The notes beneath the pieces are model-generated. The model was given only the letters and a program-made list of their open reading frames with translations, did not search any database and had not been told where the DNA came from. A stretch of DNA of 64,000 bases. It comes from Vicinamibacteria bacterium (GTDB taxonomy: Bacteria; Acidobacteriota; Vicinamibacteria; Marinacidobacterales; Marinacidobacteraceae). Made by a program: the position numbers and the translations under genes. The stretch lies in NCBI GenBank assembly GCA_964291235.2, contig OZ219815.1, forward strand, positions 1,216,001-1,280,000, in the 5' to 3' direction. Below, in pieces: positions 17,533 to 25,559 of the stretch. Every line of letters begins with the position of its first letter. Position 1 is the first letter of the stretch.

Positions 17533-18408
17533 TCAGCGCGCCGGGACGGCGCGGGTCTGGGTGAGGCCGAGGGCCGCGCGTGCCTTCCGCACGGTGCGCT
17601 CGGCGTAGTCGCGGGGGTTGTGCTTGTCCTCGCGCGTCTTCTCGAGGTGCGCGACCAGGCGCTGGGCAGGGGTCCCTCGGCGGAGCTGGTCCTTGACGTA
17701 GGCCCAGTCCCGGTCGGACTGCGAGACTTCGCGCCGGGGGGCGTTCTTCTTCTCGTGGCGGACCGGCGCCGCCTTCTCGGGCGGCGGCAGGTGGGCGAAC
17801 TGCTCCGGCCGGACGGGGCCGCCGTCGTGCGGGGTCCAGACGACCGGGGCGTCGTCGCGTTCGGGCTTCTTGTTCCGGAAGCCGGGGAGCCGCATGACGC
17901 GCGCCACGTCGGCGACCGAGGAATCGCCGTCGTACTGCCCGGCGAGTCGCCGCATGGCGTCCTCGGCGGCGTCGGGGGTCCAGGCGCCCGGGTTCGTGTG
18001 CCAGATGATCTGATAGTTCTGGCGGGAAGAGCGGACGACCGCGGCCGGCGCCGGAAGGTGCCCGGCGCTCACGTCGGAGAGGACCTGCCGGAGGGAGTCC
18101 GGGCCGCTCTTGTCCAGGTCGAGCTGGAGACGGCGCACTTCGAGCACGTCGGCCTTCTCGCGGGATCGGGTGTCCGGACGGATCGGGTTCATGGACACGA
18201 AGATGTCGTGGCCGGTCGCATTGAGGTGTCGCAGGAACCGCTGGTAGCCGGGACGGGTGGCCGCGCGCGCCGTCACGACGCGCTGCTCCGTCTTCGGTTT
18301 CGGCTCGTGCCGGCCGACCGCGACGATGGCCATACGGTCGTCCGGCTGGTAGAGCGTGTTCAGGTAGTCCACCGCGGCATTCGCCGTCGAAGGGGCGTCT
18401 GCTGGCAT
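17533..18408 (-). CDS. RepB'-type (RSF1010-like) DNA primase
   Basis: QLDLD, VVRSSRQNYQIIW, RVMRLPGFRNKK, C-terminal SQSDRDW...DYAERTVRKA helical domain. Confidence 0.8.
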   Translation of the reverse strand: MPADAPSTANAAVDYLNTLYQPDDRMAIVAVGRHEPKPKTEQRVVTARAATRPGYQRFLRHLNATGHDIFVSMNPIRPDTRSREKADVLEVRRLQLDLDKSGPDSLRQVLSDVSAGHLPAPAAVVRSSRQNYQIIWHTNPGAWTPDAAEDAMRRLAGQYDGDSSVADVARVMRLPGFRNKKPERDDAPVVWTPHDGGPVRPEQFAHLPPPEKAAPVRHEKKNAPRREVSQSDRDWAYVKDQLRRGTPAQRLVAHLEKTREDKHNPRDYAERTVRKARAALGLTQTRAVPAR

Positions 18409-18455
18409 GACTCGCGTGCGCTGGCGAACCGGAACCGGAACGGAAGCCGGGCCGG

Positions 18456-18710
18456 TCAGTCGCGGGGCGAACCCGGGACCGGCTGCGAGCCGTGGGCGGT
18501 GTCGGCGGACGAGCCGCCTTCGCCGGTCGCCCGTGGGCGCTGGGCCAGCCAGGCGGTGAGCTCGTGTTCGGGCCAGCGGACGGCCCGCGGCCCGATCCGG
18601 ATCGGGACGGGGAACAGCCCCTCGCGCATCAGGCGGTAGATGGTCGAGCGGCCGATCTGGCAGTACCGCTCCACCTCGGTGCGGCGAAGTAGGCGCTTGT
18701 GTGTGGTCAT
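18456..18710 (-). CDS. alpA: AlpA-family regulator/excisionase
   Basis: LLRRTEV...IGRSTIYRLMREGLFPVPIRIGPRAVRW..ELTAWL. Confidence 0.9.
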   Translation of the reverse strand: MTTHKRLLRRTEVERYCQIGRSTIYRLMREGLFPVPIRIGPRAVRWPEHELTAWLAQRPRATGEGGSSADTAHGSQPVPGSPRD

Positions 18711-18769
18711 GTCGGGCACCTCCCCTGCGGGAAAGGGCCCGGACGATGCCGGAAAGTGCCGGGCGAGCG

Positions 18770-19468
18770 TTACCAGCCTATCCGGCGGATAGGCTGGTAA
18801 TTGGCGATTCGTTGCCCCGTCGGAGGCCAGCACTCCCAGGGTGCCGGGAGTCGGTCCCGCGCTCTCGCCGACTGGATCGCGTCGATCACGGCGTTCTCGC
18901 TCCTGTCGAGTTCGTCCGCGATGACGTAGTAGCTCGCCATCTTTCCCAGTCCAAGATGGACGAGGACGCGGAACACGTACGCGATCCACAGGTTCCGGGC
19001 GTCTTTCGCGTAGTGTGGTTGCCCCTGATTGCCGGGGACCCGGACCGGCCTGGCCCATGTCCCCCGGCGGACCGCGATGTCCCAGTCCGCGAGCGGGGCG
19101 GGCCACCAGCGACGCTCTTCCTGGATCCGGATCGCGATTTCGTTCAGCGCCGTCCAGTAGTCGAGGTCATGCCGGCTGGCATCGATCATGTTCCGGAGCT
19201 TCTCCGTCTGGCGCGCCGCGCCCCACTCATCCCGCATCGCGAACCAGTTCCGGGCCTCCCGCGGCCCCCGCGGGGGGATGTCCGAAAGGTCCTCCCCGGA
19301 GAGCAGGTACCGCACGACGTAGCGGGCCTCTTCCTCGGCGTCTGCCCTGTCCAGCCTCGTGAAGAGACCTTCGCAGAGCAGGGCGCTGTGCTCCTGCGGC
19401 GCCACTGGTTCTCCGCGGCGCGACTTCCGAATCGCGCGTGTCCATCGAGCCCTTCGTTCTTCGTCCAT
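18770..19468 (-). CDS. Hypothetical protein with possible C-terminal HTH
   Basis: 232-aa ORF from ATG 19468; IADELDRSENAV is HTH-like; sits upstream of alpA. Confidence 0.55.
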   Translation of the reverse strand: MDEERRARWTRAIRKSRRGEPVAPQEHSALLCEGLFTRLDRADAEEEARYVVRYLLSGEDLSDIPPRGPREARNWFAMRDEWGAARQTEKLRNMIDASRHDLDYWTALNEIAIRIQEERRWWPAPLADWDIAVRRGTWARPVRVPGNQGQPHYAKDARNLWIAYVFRVLVHLGLGKMASYYVIADELDRSENAVIDAIQSARARDRLPAPWECWPPTGQRIANYQPIRRIGW

Positions 19469-19680
19469 GGCGCTGCCCGTCCTTTTCCTCCGGCGCCGCT
19501 GCAGGCGAGATTGGAAGAGAGCTTGGCCGTTCAGCCCGTTCGACGCCGCCTCGTCAGTCTGGTCTCGGAGTCGGTAGCGATGCGGCCCAATCTCACGGGA
19601 CCGTTTGTGCCTGACCGCCGAGACACCCACGTTCCGAAACGGTTACACTGGTCCGTACGACGGAGCCGCGAGACCAGCCA

Positions 19681-19992
19681 GTGACCGATGCGCGACTGAA
19701 CCAGGTTCGGGAGATAGTAGCCGAGGTTCTCGTTAAGATTTTTGGTGGTACAGCGCGTTTTGGGCCGATCTATATGGGCTCCGATGTTGACCACGACGGT
19801 TTCGAGTACGTGACAGCCCATGTCATCTACGAGTCTGCGAACGAGTCGCTCGATGCGCACAAGGTGTTGGATGTCATCGAACCCCTGAGGAATCGCGTGC
19901 AGGAGCTCGACGCAAAGGTCATACCCGTCTTGTCGTACATCGCCAAGTCCGAGGAAAGAGATTGGCGGGGTGATAGCTCGCAATCTGATTGA
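19681..19992 (+). CDS. Small partner of the HEPN protein (possible degenerate MNT-fold antitoxin)
   Basis: 103 aa, overlaps the HEPN gene; DVDHDG acidic motif. Confidence 0.55.
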   Translation: MTDARLNQVREIVAEVLVKIFGGTARFGPIYMGSDVDHDGFEYVTAHVIYESANESLDAHKVLDVIEPLRNRVQELDAKVIPVLSYIAKSEERDWRGDSSQSD

Positions 19993-20437
19993 GACTGCCC
20001 GTTCCCTCATATCAGTTGGTCCGGGGCGGCCGCGGCAGACCGATCTTCGGCGCGCCGTAAGCACGACATACTACGCTGTGTTCCACCGCCTGATGCAGTG
20101 TTGTGCGGATCGGCTGGTCGGAACCGGTCCCGCGCAACAGACTACTCCGTGGAACCGCGTATACCGAGCGTTGAATCACGCTCAATGTACAAAGGTGTGC
20201 AGGTCCGCAGAAACGCACGCACTCTCCCCATTAGTTCGCAAACTGACGAATCTGGTGCCGGACCTTAAGGGACGCCGTCATGCTGCGGATTACGATCCCA
20301 CGGCGCGTTTTACAAAATCAGGCGTGCTACGGGACATAGAGGCCACAGAAGTCGCCCTGGATTCCTTCGATGGCGCGCCGAGCGACGATCAACGGGCGCT
20401 GGCAGTTCTTCTGCTGTTCCGCGAGCGACCGGACTGA
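19970..20437 (+). CDS. HEPN domain protein
   Basis: RRAVSTTYYAVFH and RHAADY motifs typical of HEPN proteins of HEPN-MNT pairs. Confidence 0.8.
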   Translation: MIARNLIETARSLISVGPGRPRQTDLRRAVSTTYYAVFHRLMQCCADRLVGTGPAQQTTPWNRVYRALNHAQCTKVCRSAETHALSPLVRKLTNLVPDLKGRRHAADYDPTARFTKSGVLRDIEATEVALDSFDGAPSDDQRALAVLLLFRERPD

Positions 20438-20853
20438 TTGCGCCGCTCCCCTGAGTGAGTAGCACTCGGCAGAGCAGATTCGACGAGATGCGTAGTGGAG
20501 CTGCCCCTGCGGGGTGGATCGCTCTCGACGCGCGCTGGAAAGGTCCGATTCTTCCCGTGGCACGCAGCGGTGCGCCGCGCCCGCCACAGAAGAAGACCCC
20601 ATCGCTTCGATGACGGCGACGGAGGACGACGCCCGAAGAATGATAGAATTGCATGAATTCCGCGGACGTTGTGGATGCCGCAGTTGGGCACGCTCAAGTT
20701 GTGCACGATGCGCGATGTCGCACGGTTCCGGACATGCGTTCCGCCGGAATCGGGCAAGTTCGAGCAGAAGAGCACCGTGAGGCCGCGAACGGGCTGCAGG
20801 ATGACTTCTCGCGAAGGGCCAGTAAACACCATTCAAAAGGACAGGGGGATCTC

Positions 20854-21126
20854 ATGAGCCAACAAAACGAACTAGAGCGGCCGGATGACAAGACGTTCCT
20901 GATCACGATCAATGGACGGCAAAAGAAGGTCGAGCGCGATGAACTTTCGTTCGACGAACTGGTGGATCTCGCTTTTGATGACCCCGCTAGAGGTCCGCAG
21001 ATCGTGTTCACCATAACGTTCCGGGAGGCAGGTGGACGAATACCTGAGGGAGAACTAGACGAAGGGCAAAGACTGAAGGTACGGAACGGAACGATCATCA
21101 ATGTCACGCGAACTGATCAGTCGTAG
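20854..21126 (+). CDS. Ubiquitin-like (Multi_ubiq beta-grasp) protein, 90 aa
   Basis: AGGGGG RBS; ITINGRQK...LSFDELVDLAF...FTITF...G.L..GQ.LKVRNG..INV; ends TDQS. Confidence 0.8.
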   Translation: MSQQNELERPDDKTFLITINGRQKKVERDELSFDELVDLAFDDPARGPQIVFTITFREAGGRIPEGELDEGQRLKVRNGTIINVTRTDQS

Positions 21127-22291
21127 CGAGGATCTGAAGCGCCTCGTCGAAGAAGGTTACGAGATAGAAGTCCGCTCCGGGCATTTGCTTCTGCATCGGC
21201 TTCCGTACGTGACAAGCGAGCGGACAGTAAAATACGGTCAGCTCGTCTGTCCTCTTGCAGTCGACGTATCAGGAACGAGTCCACCGCCGGACCACACGAT
21301 CTACTTTGCGGGTGAGTACCCCTGCGACGACCGAGGTACGCCTATCGAGGCTCTGCGGAACAGCAGTCAGCGCCAAGAGCTTGCGGAGGGCTTATGGGTT
21401 GACCACTACTTTTCGGCAAGACCTGTGACGGGAAAGTACGAGGACTACCATCACAAGCTGACGCACTACGCACAAGTGATTGGACGATGTGCAAGGCGGT
21501 TAGATCCCGCGGCGGTGGCCCGTGCAGGGCAGTTAGAGTTGTCGGTTGATCCAAACGATCCGTTTGTTTTCATGGAAACCGCATCGAGTCGCGCTGGCAT
21601 AACCCGGCTCAATGAGAGTCTCTCGAGAGACAGGATCGGCATAATCGGGCTCGGAGGGACCGGGTCGTACATACTGGACTACATTAGCAAGACGCGCGTT
21701 GCCGAGATCCATCTGTTCGACGGCGATCGGTTTGAGCAGCATAACGCGTTTCGCGCGCCCGGTCCGACGACAACAGAGGAACTCAAGGAGAGCCGGACAA
21801 AGGTTCAACTGTACAGTGAGCGATATGGGAAGATGCGGGGAGGCATCGTCGCTCACGCGCTCCACGTGACGGCGGACCACATGAGTGTGCTTGAGGGCCT
21901 CGATTTCGTGTTCGTGGCGATCGACAGCAATAGAACCAGACAATGGCTGCTGCCAGGGCTGGACGGGATTGGAGTACCATTCGTCGACGTGGGAATGGGA
22001 ATAGAAAAGACCGGCGACGAGTTGTTAGGAGTCCTGAGAACAAGCTTCTGTGAGACGCCGAGAAGCGCCGCGGAACAACGTGGTGAGGGTGGATTACGAG
22101 ACGTTGGGGAGTACGAGAGGAATGTTCAGATCGTTGAGTTGAACGCGCTTAACGCGGCGCTTGCGGTTATCCGGTGGAAGAAGTACCGAGGGTTCTACAT
22201 GGACCTCGGCAAAGAGGACAGGAGCACCTACACCATTGACGGAAATCACATGAGCAACCGAGTGCTGCGGGACGTAGACGCTAGCCAATGA
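21101..22291 (+). CDS. E2-like (DUF6791-type) + ThiF/E1 fusion protein
   Basis: N-terminal LPYV, DHTIYF.GEYPC, HYFSARP; C-terminal IIGLGGTGSY, LFDGD, HNAFRAPG, FVAID, DVGMG, YERNVQIVELNALNA. Confidence 0.85.
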   Translation: MSRELISRSEDLKRLVEEGYEIEVRSGHLLLHRLPYVTSERTVKYGQLVCPLAVDVSGTSPPPDHTIYFAGEYPCDDRGTPIEALRNSSQRQELAEGLWVDHYFSARPVTGKYEDYHHKLTHYAQVIGRCARRLDPAAVARAGQLELSVDPNDPFVFMETASSRAGITRLNESLSRDRIGIIGLGGTGSYILDYISKTRVAEIHLFDGDRFEQHNAFRAPGPTTTEELKESRTKVQLYSERYGKMRGGIVAHALHVTADHMSVLEGLDFVFVAIDSNRTRQWLLPGLDGIGVPFVDVGMGIEKTGDELLGVLRTSFCETPRSAAEQRGEGGLRDVGEYERNVQIVELNALNAALAVIRWKKYRGFYMDLGKEDRSTYTIDGNHMSNRVLRDVDASQ

Positions 22292-22719
22292 GATTGCGCA
22301 ACGAATTCGTGGATCACGTACCGGAAGAATTGTGTGACGGCGTTCTGTACGTCTCGATGCGTTTCGGCACGGTGGTCCACCGCTGCGCGTGTGGGTGCGG
22401 CGAGGAGGTGGTGACTCCTCTTGGCCCCGCCGAGTGGCGGCTCGCCTACGACGGGAGAACAGTCTCGTTGGACCCGTCCATCGGGAATTGGAGTTTCGCG
22501 TGCAGATCACACTATTGGATCGAGAAAGGCGTTGTCCGGTGGGCACGAGGTTTCTCGCGAGCAGAAGTCGCGCGCGTGCGCAAGAAGGCCTGGACCAGAC
22601 GCAGCGGCTACTACCAACAGCAAAGAGCCGAACCGCACCCAAGAGATGCCCAGAGCGGCTCACTCAGATTGATCTGGGAGAGAATTCGGTCTGTACTTCG
22701 AGCCTGGAAGCGGGACTGA
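22288..22719 (+). CDS. DUF6527-like Cys/His-rich protein
   Basis: HRCACGCGEEVVTPL, PSIGNW, CRSHYWI; ATGA overlap with the E1 gene. Confidence 0.8.
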   Translation: MRLRNEFVDHVPEELCDGVLYVSMRFGTVVHRCACGCGEEVVTPLGPAEWRLAYDGRTVSLDPSIGNWSFACRSHYWIEKGVVRWARGFSRAEVARVRKKAWTRRSGYYQQQRAEPHPRDAQSGSLRLIWERIRSVLRAWKRD

Positions 22720-22778
22720 GAGTAGACGGTCCGAGGATCGCACGACGCGGCTACGCATAGTGGGTGACCGAGTGAGCC

Positions 22779-23276
22779 ATGGTAGAGATGGAGGGTGGAA
22801 CGAGAACCATGCTTGAGGAGTGCATTGAGGAGGCGCGGAGAGTTCTTACCGAGCACAATGAGTACCTTCGCGGGAATGAAACAGCGACGAGGGCGCTGGT
22901 TATCGACCCCGTGTTGACCGCCCTCGATTGGGACATCAAAGACCCTGCGCGAGTTCGGTTGGAGCATCGTGCAAACGGGAACAAGGTCGACTACGTTCTC
23001 GTGTCGTCAGAAGGTGAGTTGTTTGCGGTTGTGGAGGCCAAGCCTGCGGACTCGGGGCCGAAGGAAACAGACCGCAGGCAGGCGTCCGGATACGCAACGG
23101 AGATCGGAGCCAGGTACGCTGTACTAACCAACGGCGGCCGATGGGAAGCGTGGGAGATGGTGCAGCAGAAACCGAGAAGGGAGAGCGTATTTGTTGAGGT
23201 GCACATCACGACCGGGGAAATCGGGGCGATCGCATCGGTCTTAGGGAAGCTGCGTCGGGATGCACTTGAGGAATAG
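22779..23276 (+). CDS. Stand-alone HsdR N-terminal-like PD-(D/E)XK nuclease (start may be 22809)
   Basis: NETATRALVIDPVL..LDWD, VDYVL, VEAK, QASGYA, AVLTNG..W. Confidence 0.8.
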   Translation: MVEMEGGTRTMLEECIEEARRVLTEHNEYLRGNETATRALVIDPVLTALDWDIKDPARVRLEHRANGNKVDYVLVSSEGELFAVVEAKPADSGPKETDRRQASGYATEIGARYAVLTNGGRWEAWEMVQQKPRRESVFVEVHITTGEIGAIASVLGKLRRDALEE

Positions 23277-23556
23277 GTGGTGACCCGAGGCCGAAGCGGC
23301 AAGGTGGATGAGTGTCTGTGATGTTTCCGCGGAGACAGCGGAGACCGTCCTCGTGGGGGCAAATGTTGGGTCGGGTTCGATTCCATTTCACGGTAGTTCC
23401 CTACTATCATAGAGTTATAGGTGTCGTTCGAGAGACGAGGCCGACACGTTGGACGCCGTCGAACACGGCTTGGAATCGGCGGCCCAGAACAGCGCCTGCT
23501 CTACGATGTTCTCCCAAGTGTCGAACACGGTCATCCCAATGCCGAGTCTGTTCGAC

Positions 23557-23817
23557 CACTGCGCGGGCAGCTGTCGCTGACGCCGAGCGTCGAGGTGGGT
23601 CTGCGGCGGGACGGCGGGGACGTGGAGACGGGCGCAGGGTTAGATCTGGGCGGCGGCTTGGCGCTCACTGATGCGGTGATGGGGCTGTCGCTGGACGTGC
23701 GGGTGCGGGCGCTGGTGGCCCAGCAGGCGGAGGGGCTCACCCGAGCGGGGCGGCTCGGTGTCGTTCGGCGGGGACCGGACGCCGTCGGGTCCGCTAGGCC
23801 TGAGCGCGCGGCCTTGA
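23557..23817 (+). pseudogene. Frameshifted fragment of an autotransporter-like beta-barrel
   Basis: LTPSVEVGLRRDGGDVETGAGLDLGGGL...LDVRVRALV; continues after a +1 shift near 23741 as ERGGSVSFGGDRTPSGPLGLSAR; no start and truncated. Confidence 0.7.
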
Positions 23818-23835
23818 GTCGGCGAAACTGCGCCA

Positions 23836-24852
23836 CTAGATCTTGAACGTCACCGACTGTGGCCGGTGATCACTGGGCAAGTGCTGTCTTGACCGCGTGG
23901 GTTTGCTCGAATCAATCTGGCTGTCGAACACGGCGTGTTCAATCCTGCCCCGAGCATTCCGTTGGCACTTGTCGTCCCAAAAGAGGCCTGCGGAAACAAG
24001 AATGTGATCCAGCAAGACCTTCCGACCCTTTACGTTGTCAACAAAGTCGTCGAAGACTGCGGTGAAGTTTCGCGCACCCTGTTCCAAGTCCACAAAAGCA
24101 TGTCGCAGCATGAACCGTGGGCGAAAAGGGCTGCCAGCGATGATTCCGGCCACATCGTGTGTCAGGTAGCGGCGCTCAAAATAGTCGAGTCCTGGACCAT
24201 CGTTGAAGTCTCCTGTTACGACAATTCGCGCTGCATTGTCCTCTTCAAGGCACAGATCAAGGTATTCGCGTATACGCATTGCCTCCGCTGAAATCCGACG
24301 CCGTGCCCGCAGGGCCGCTTCAATGAATTGCGGACGGCGGACGGGATCGTTCCACAAAGCGCGTTGTCCATGTACGTACTTGGATTTGGTGTGTATCGAA
24401 ATGAGGCGAAACGTCTTGCCCGAGTTCGTTTTGATCTCCACGACCAGCGGTGGCCGTGTAAACCGATACGCATCGAGCTGCATGTCGGCATCGATGTCCG
24501 CGTCCCAAACGTCATCGAAATCGAACCCTCGGTCTTCGTCGAGGCGGCACATGCGCTGCACCGAACCCTTCTTGAACAGGGCATAGATTTTCTGTTGACC
24601 CTTCCCAGCCGGACCTGCAACGTCATAGCTGCCCTCTAGGCACTTCTCTACGAACAACTCCATTTCACTCCGTCGACTGGGCCCTTCCTGTATGGTCAAG
24701 ACATCAGCCTTGAGCGCATCGATGACATTGGCAACCCGACACGCAAGACCTTCCATGCCGTCTCTCAGTCTTGGCGCTTCTGTGTCAGCCGAGAACCAGC
24801 GGTTCATCCACTCGATGTTCCAGTTGGCAATCTTCAAGGTACTCGTGGACAT
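23836..24852 (-). CDS. Endonuclease/exonuclease/phosphatase family protein
   Basis: ANWNIE, IQEG, IHTKS, TGDFND, LDHILVS, SDHRP; GGAGG RBS. Confidence 0.88.
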   Translation of the reverse strand: MSTSTLKIANWNIEWMNRWFSADTEAPRLRDGMEGLACRVANVIDALKADVLTIQEGPSRRSEMELFVEKCLEGSYDVAGPAGKGQQKIYALFKKGSVQRMCRLDEDRGFDFDDVWDADIDADMQLDAYRFTRPPLVVEIKTNSGKTFRLISIHTKSKYVHGQRALWNDPVRRPQFIEAALRARRRISAEAMRIREYLDLCLEEDNAARIVVTGDFNDGPGLDYFERRYLTHDVAGIIAGSPFRPRFMLRHAFVDLEQGARNFTAVFDDFVDNVKGRKVLLDHILVSAGLFWDDKCQRNARGRIEHAVFDSQIDSSKPTRSRQHLPSDHRPQSVTFKI

Positions 24853-25297
24853 CTTGTGCCTCCTCCAAGCTATGACGGGGCGCCCCTTCATGAGCGCGCC
24901 TACATAGTAGTTGTTCGGTTTCGACGAAGCCGTCGCCCGGCGCGCCGCTCCCGAGCCACGGCTCAATGAAGCACCGCTAGGCCAGCTCCCGGTAATCCCT
25001 CGCGGAGTTTCCGCGTCAGCTTCCCAGGCGCGGAATGCCCACCGGAACCCGTGAACCGTCGTGCGGTCGGCTGGCTCTCGGTCATAAGAGCGCGTATGTG
25101 ACAAATCTGACAGTGGAGGCCCGCCCGGAGCGGGGACGGGAAGACCGGGCCTCCCATCGTCCTAGGCCCGCACTACGACCGCACCGTGTACGCGCCGACG
25201 ATCCCGCCGCCGCAGCGTGCCGTGATACGCCCACAGCCGGTGTTCGATCTCAGGTAAGTGGGGCGGCTATAGTCGGTTTCTCGGAGGTAGCGTGGCG

Positions 25298-25558
25298 ATG
25301 CCAGAAGAGCCTGCGCAGGCGGAAGAGCCCGCGAGGATGGTCGGGTTCACTCCGGCGCAGTTGATCGGCGGTGTGCTCACGCTGGTCTTGGGGTTGGCTG
25401 GCGTGGGGTGGAGCCTCTACCGCGATGTGGACAAGCGAGTCGACAAACTCGCAACAGACCTTGCGGTTATGCAGGCGCTGGCAGCTGTGAAAAGTGAAAC
25501 AAAGTCCGTTGGCGATCCTGTATCGGAGTTCCTCAGTTCCCTGAAAACAGAGCCGTAG
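25298..25558 (+). CDS. Small single-TM protein with coiled-coil
   Basis: GGAGG RBS; TM LIGGVLTLVLGLAGVGW followed by a heptad-like segment. Confidence 0.5.
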   Translation: MPEEPAQAEEPARMVGFTPAQLIGGVLTLVLGLAGVGWSLYRDVDKRVDKLATDLAVMQALAAVKSETKSVGDPVSEFLSSLKTEP

Positions 25559-25559
25559 C

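Larger units (their letters stand above)
1..23420. mobile_element. Integrative/conjugative element, partial (left end and integrase outside the window; right end uncertain)
   Basis: Co-oriented VirB/VirD4 genes, AlpA, primase and ArdC genes, followed by lower-GC defence-type cargo and then housekeeping genes. Right boundary inferred only from att-like motifs near 23350-23420. Confidence 0.75.

Noticed and set aside
20438-20853. ORFs upstream of the Ubl gene, including a 157-aa extended Ubl start at 20653
   Set aside because: No recognisable HTH or peptidase regulator; the RBS supports ATG 20854.
20854-22291. ThiS/ThiF or MoaD/MoeB sulfur-carrier pair, or CBASS Cap2
   Set aside because: The Ubl lacks GG, the E1 is fused to an E2-like domain, and there are no cofactor genes, cyclase or JAB gene.
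23374-23384. tRNA gene suggested by GGTTCGATTCC
   Set aside because: No cloverleaf can be built around it; kept only as a weak att hint.
23458-23933. Three copies of GTCGAACACGG
   Set aside because: Irregular spacing and one copy lies within coding sequence; likely chance.
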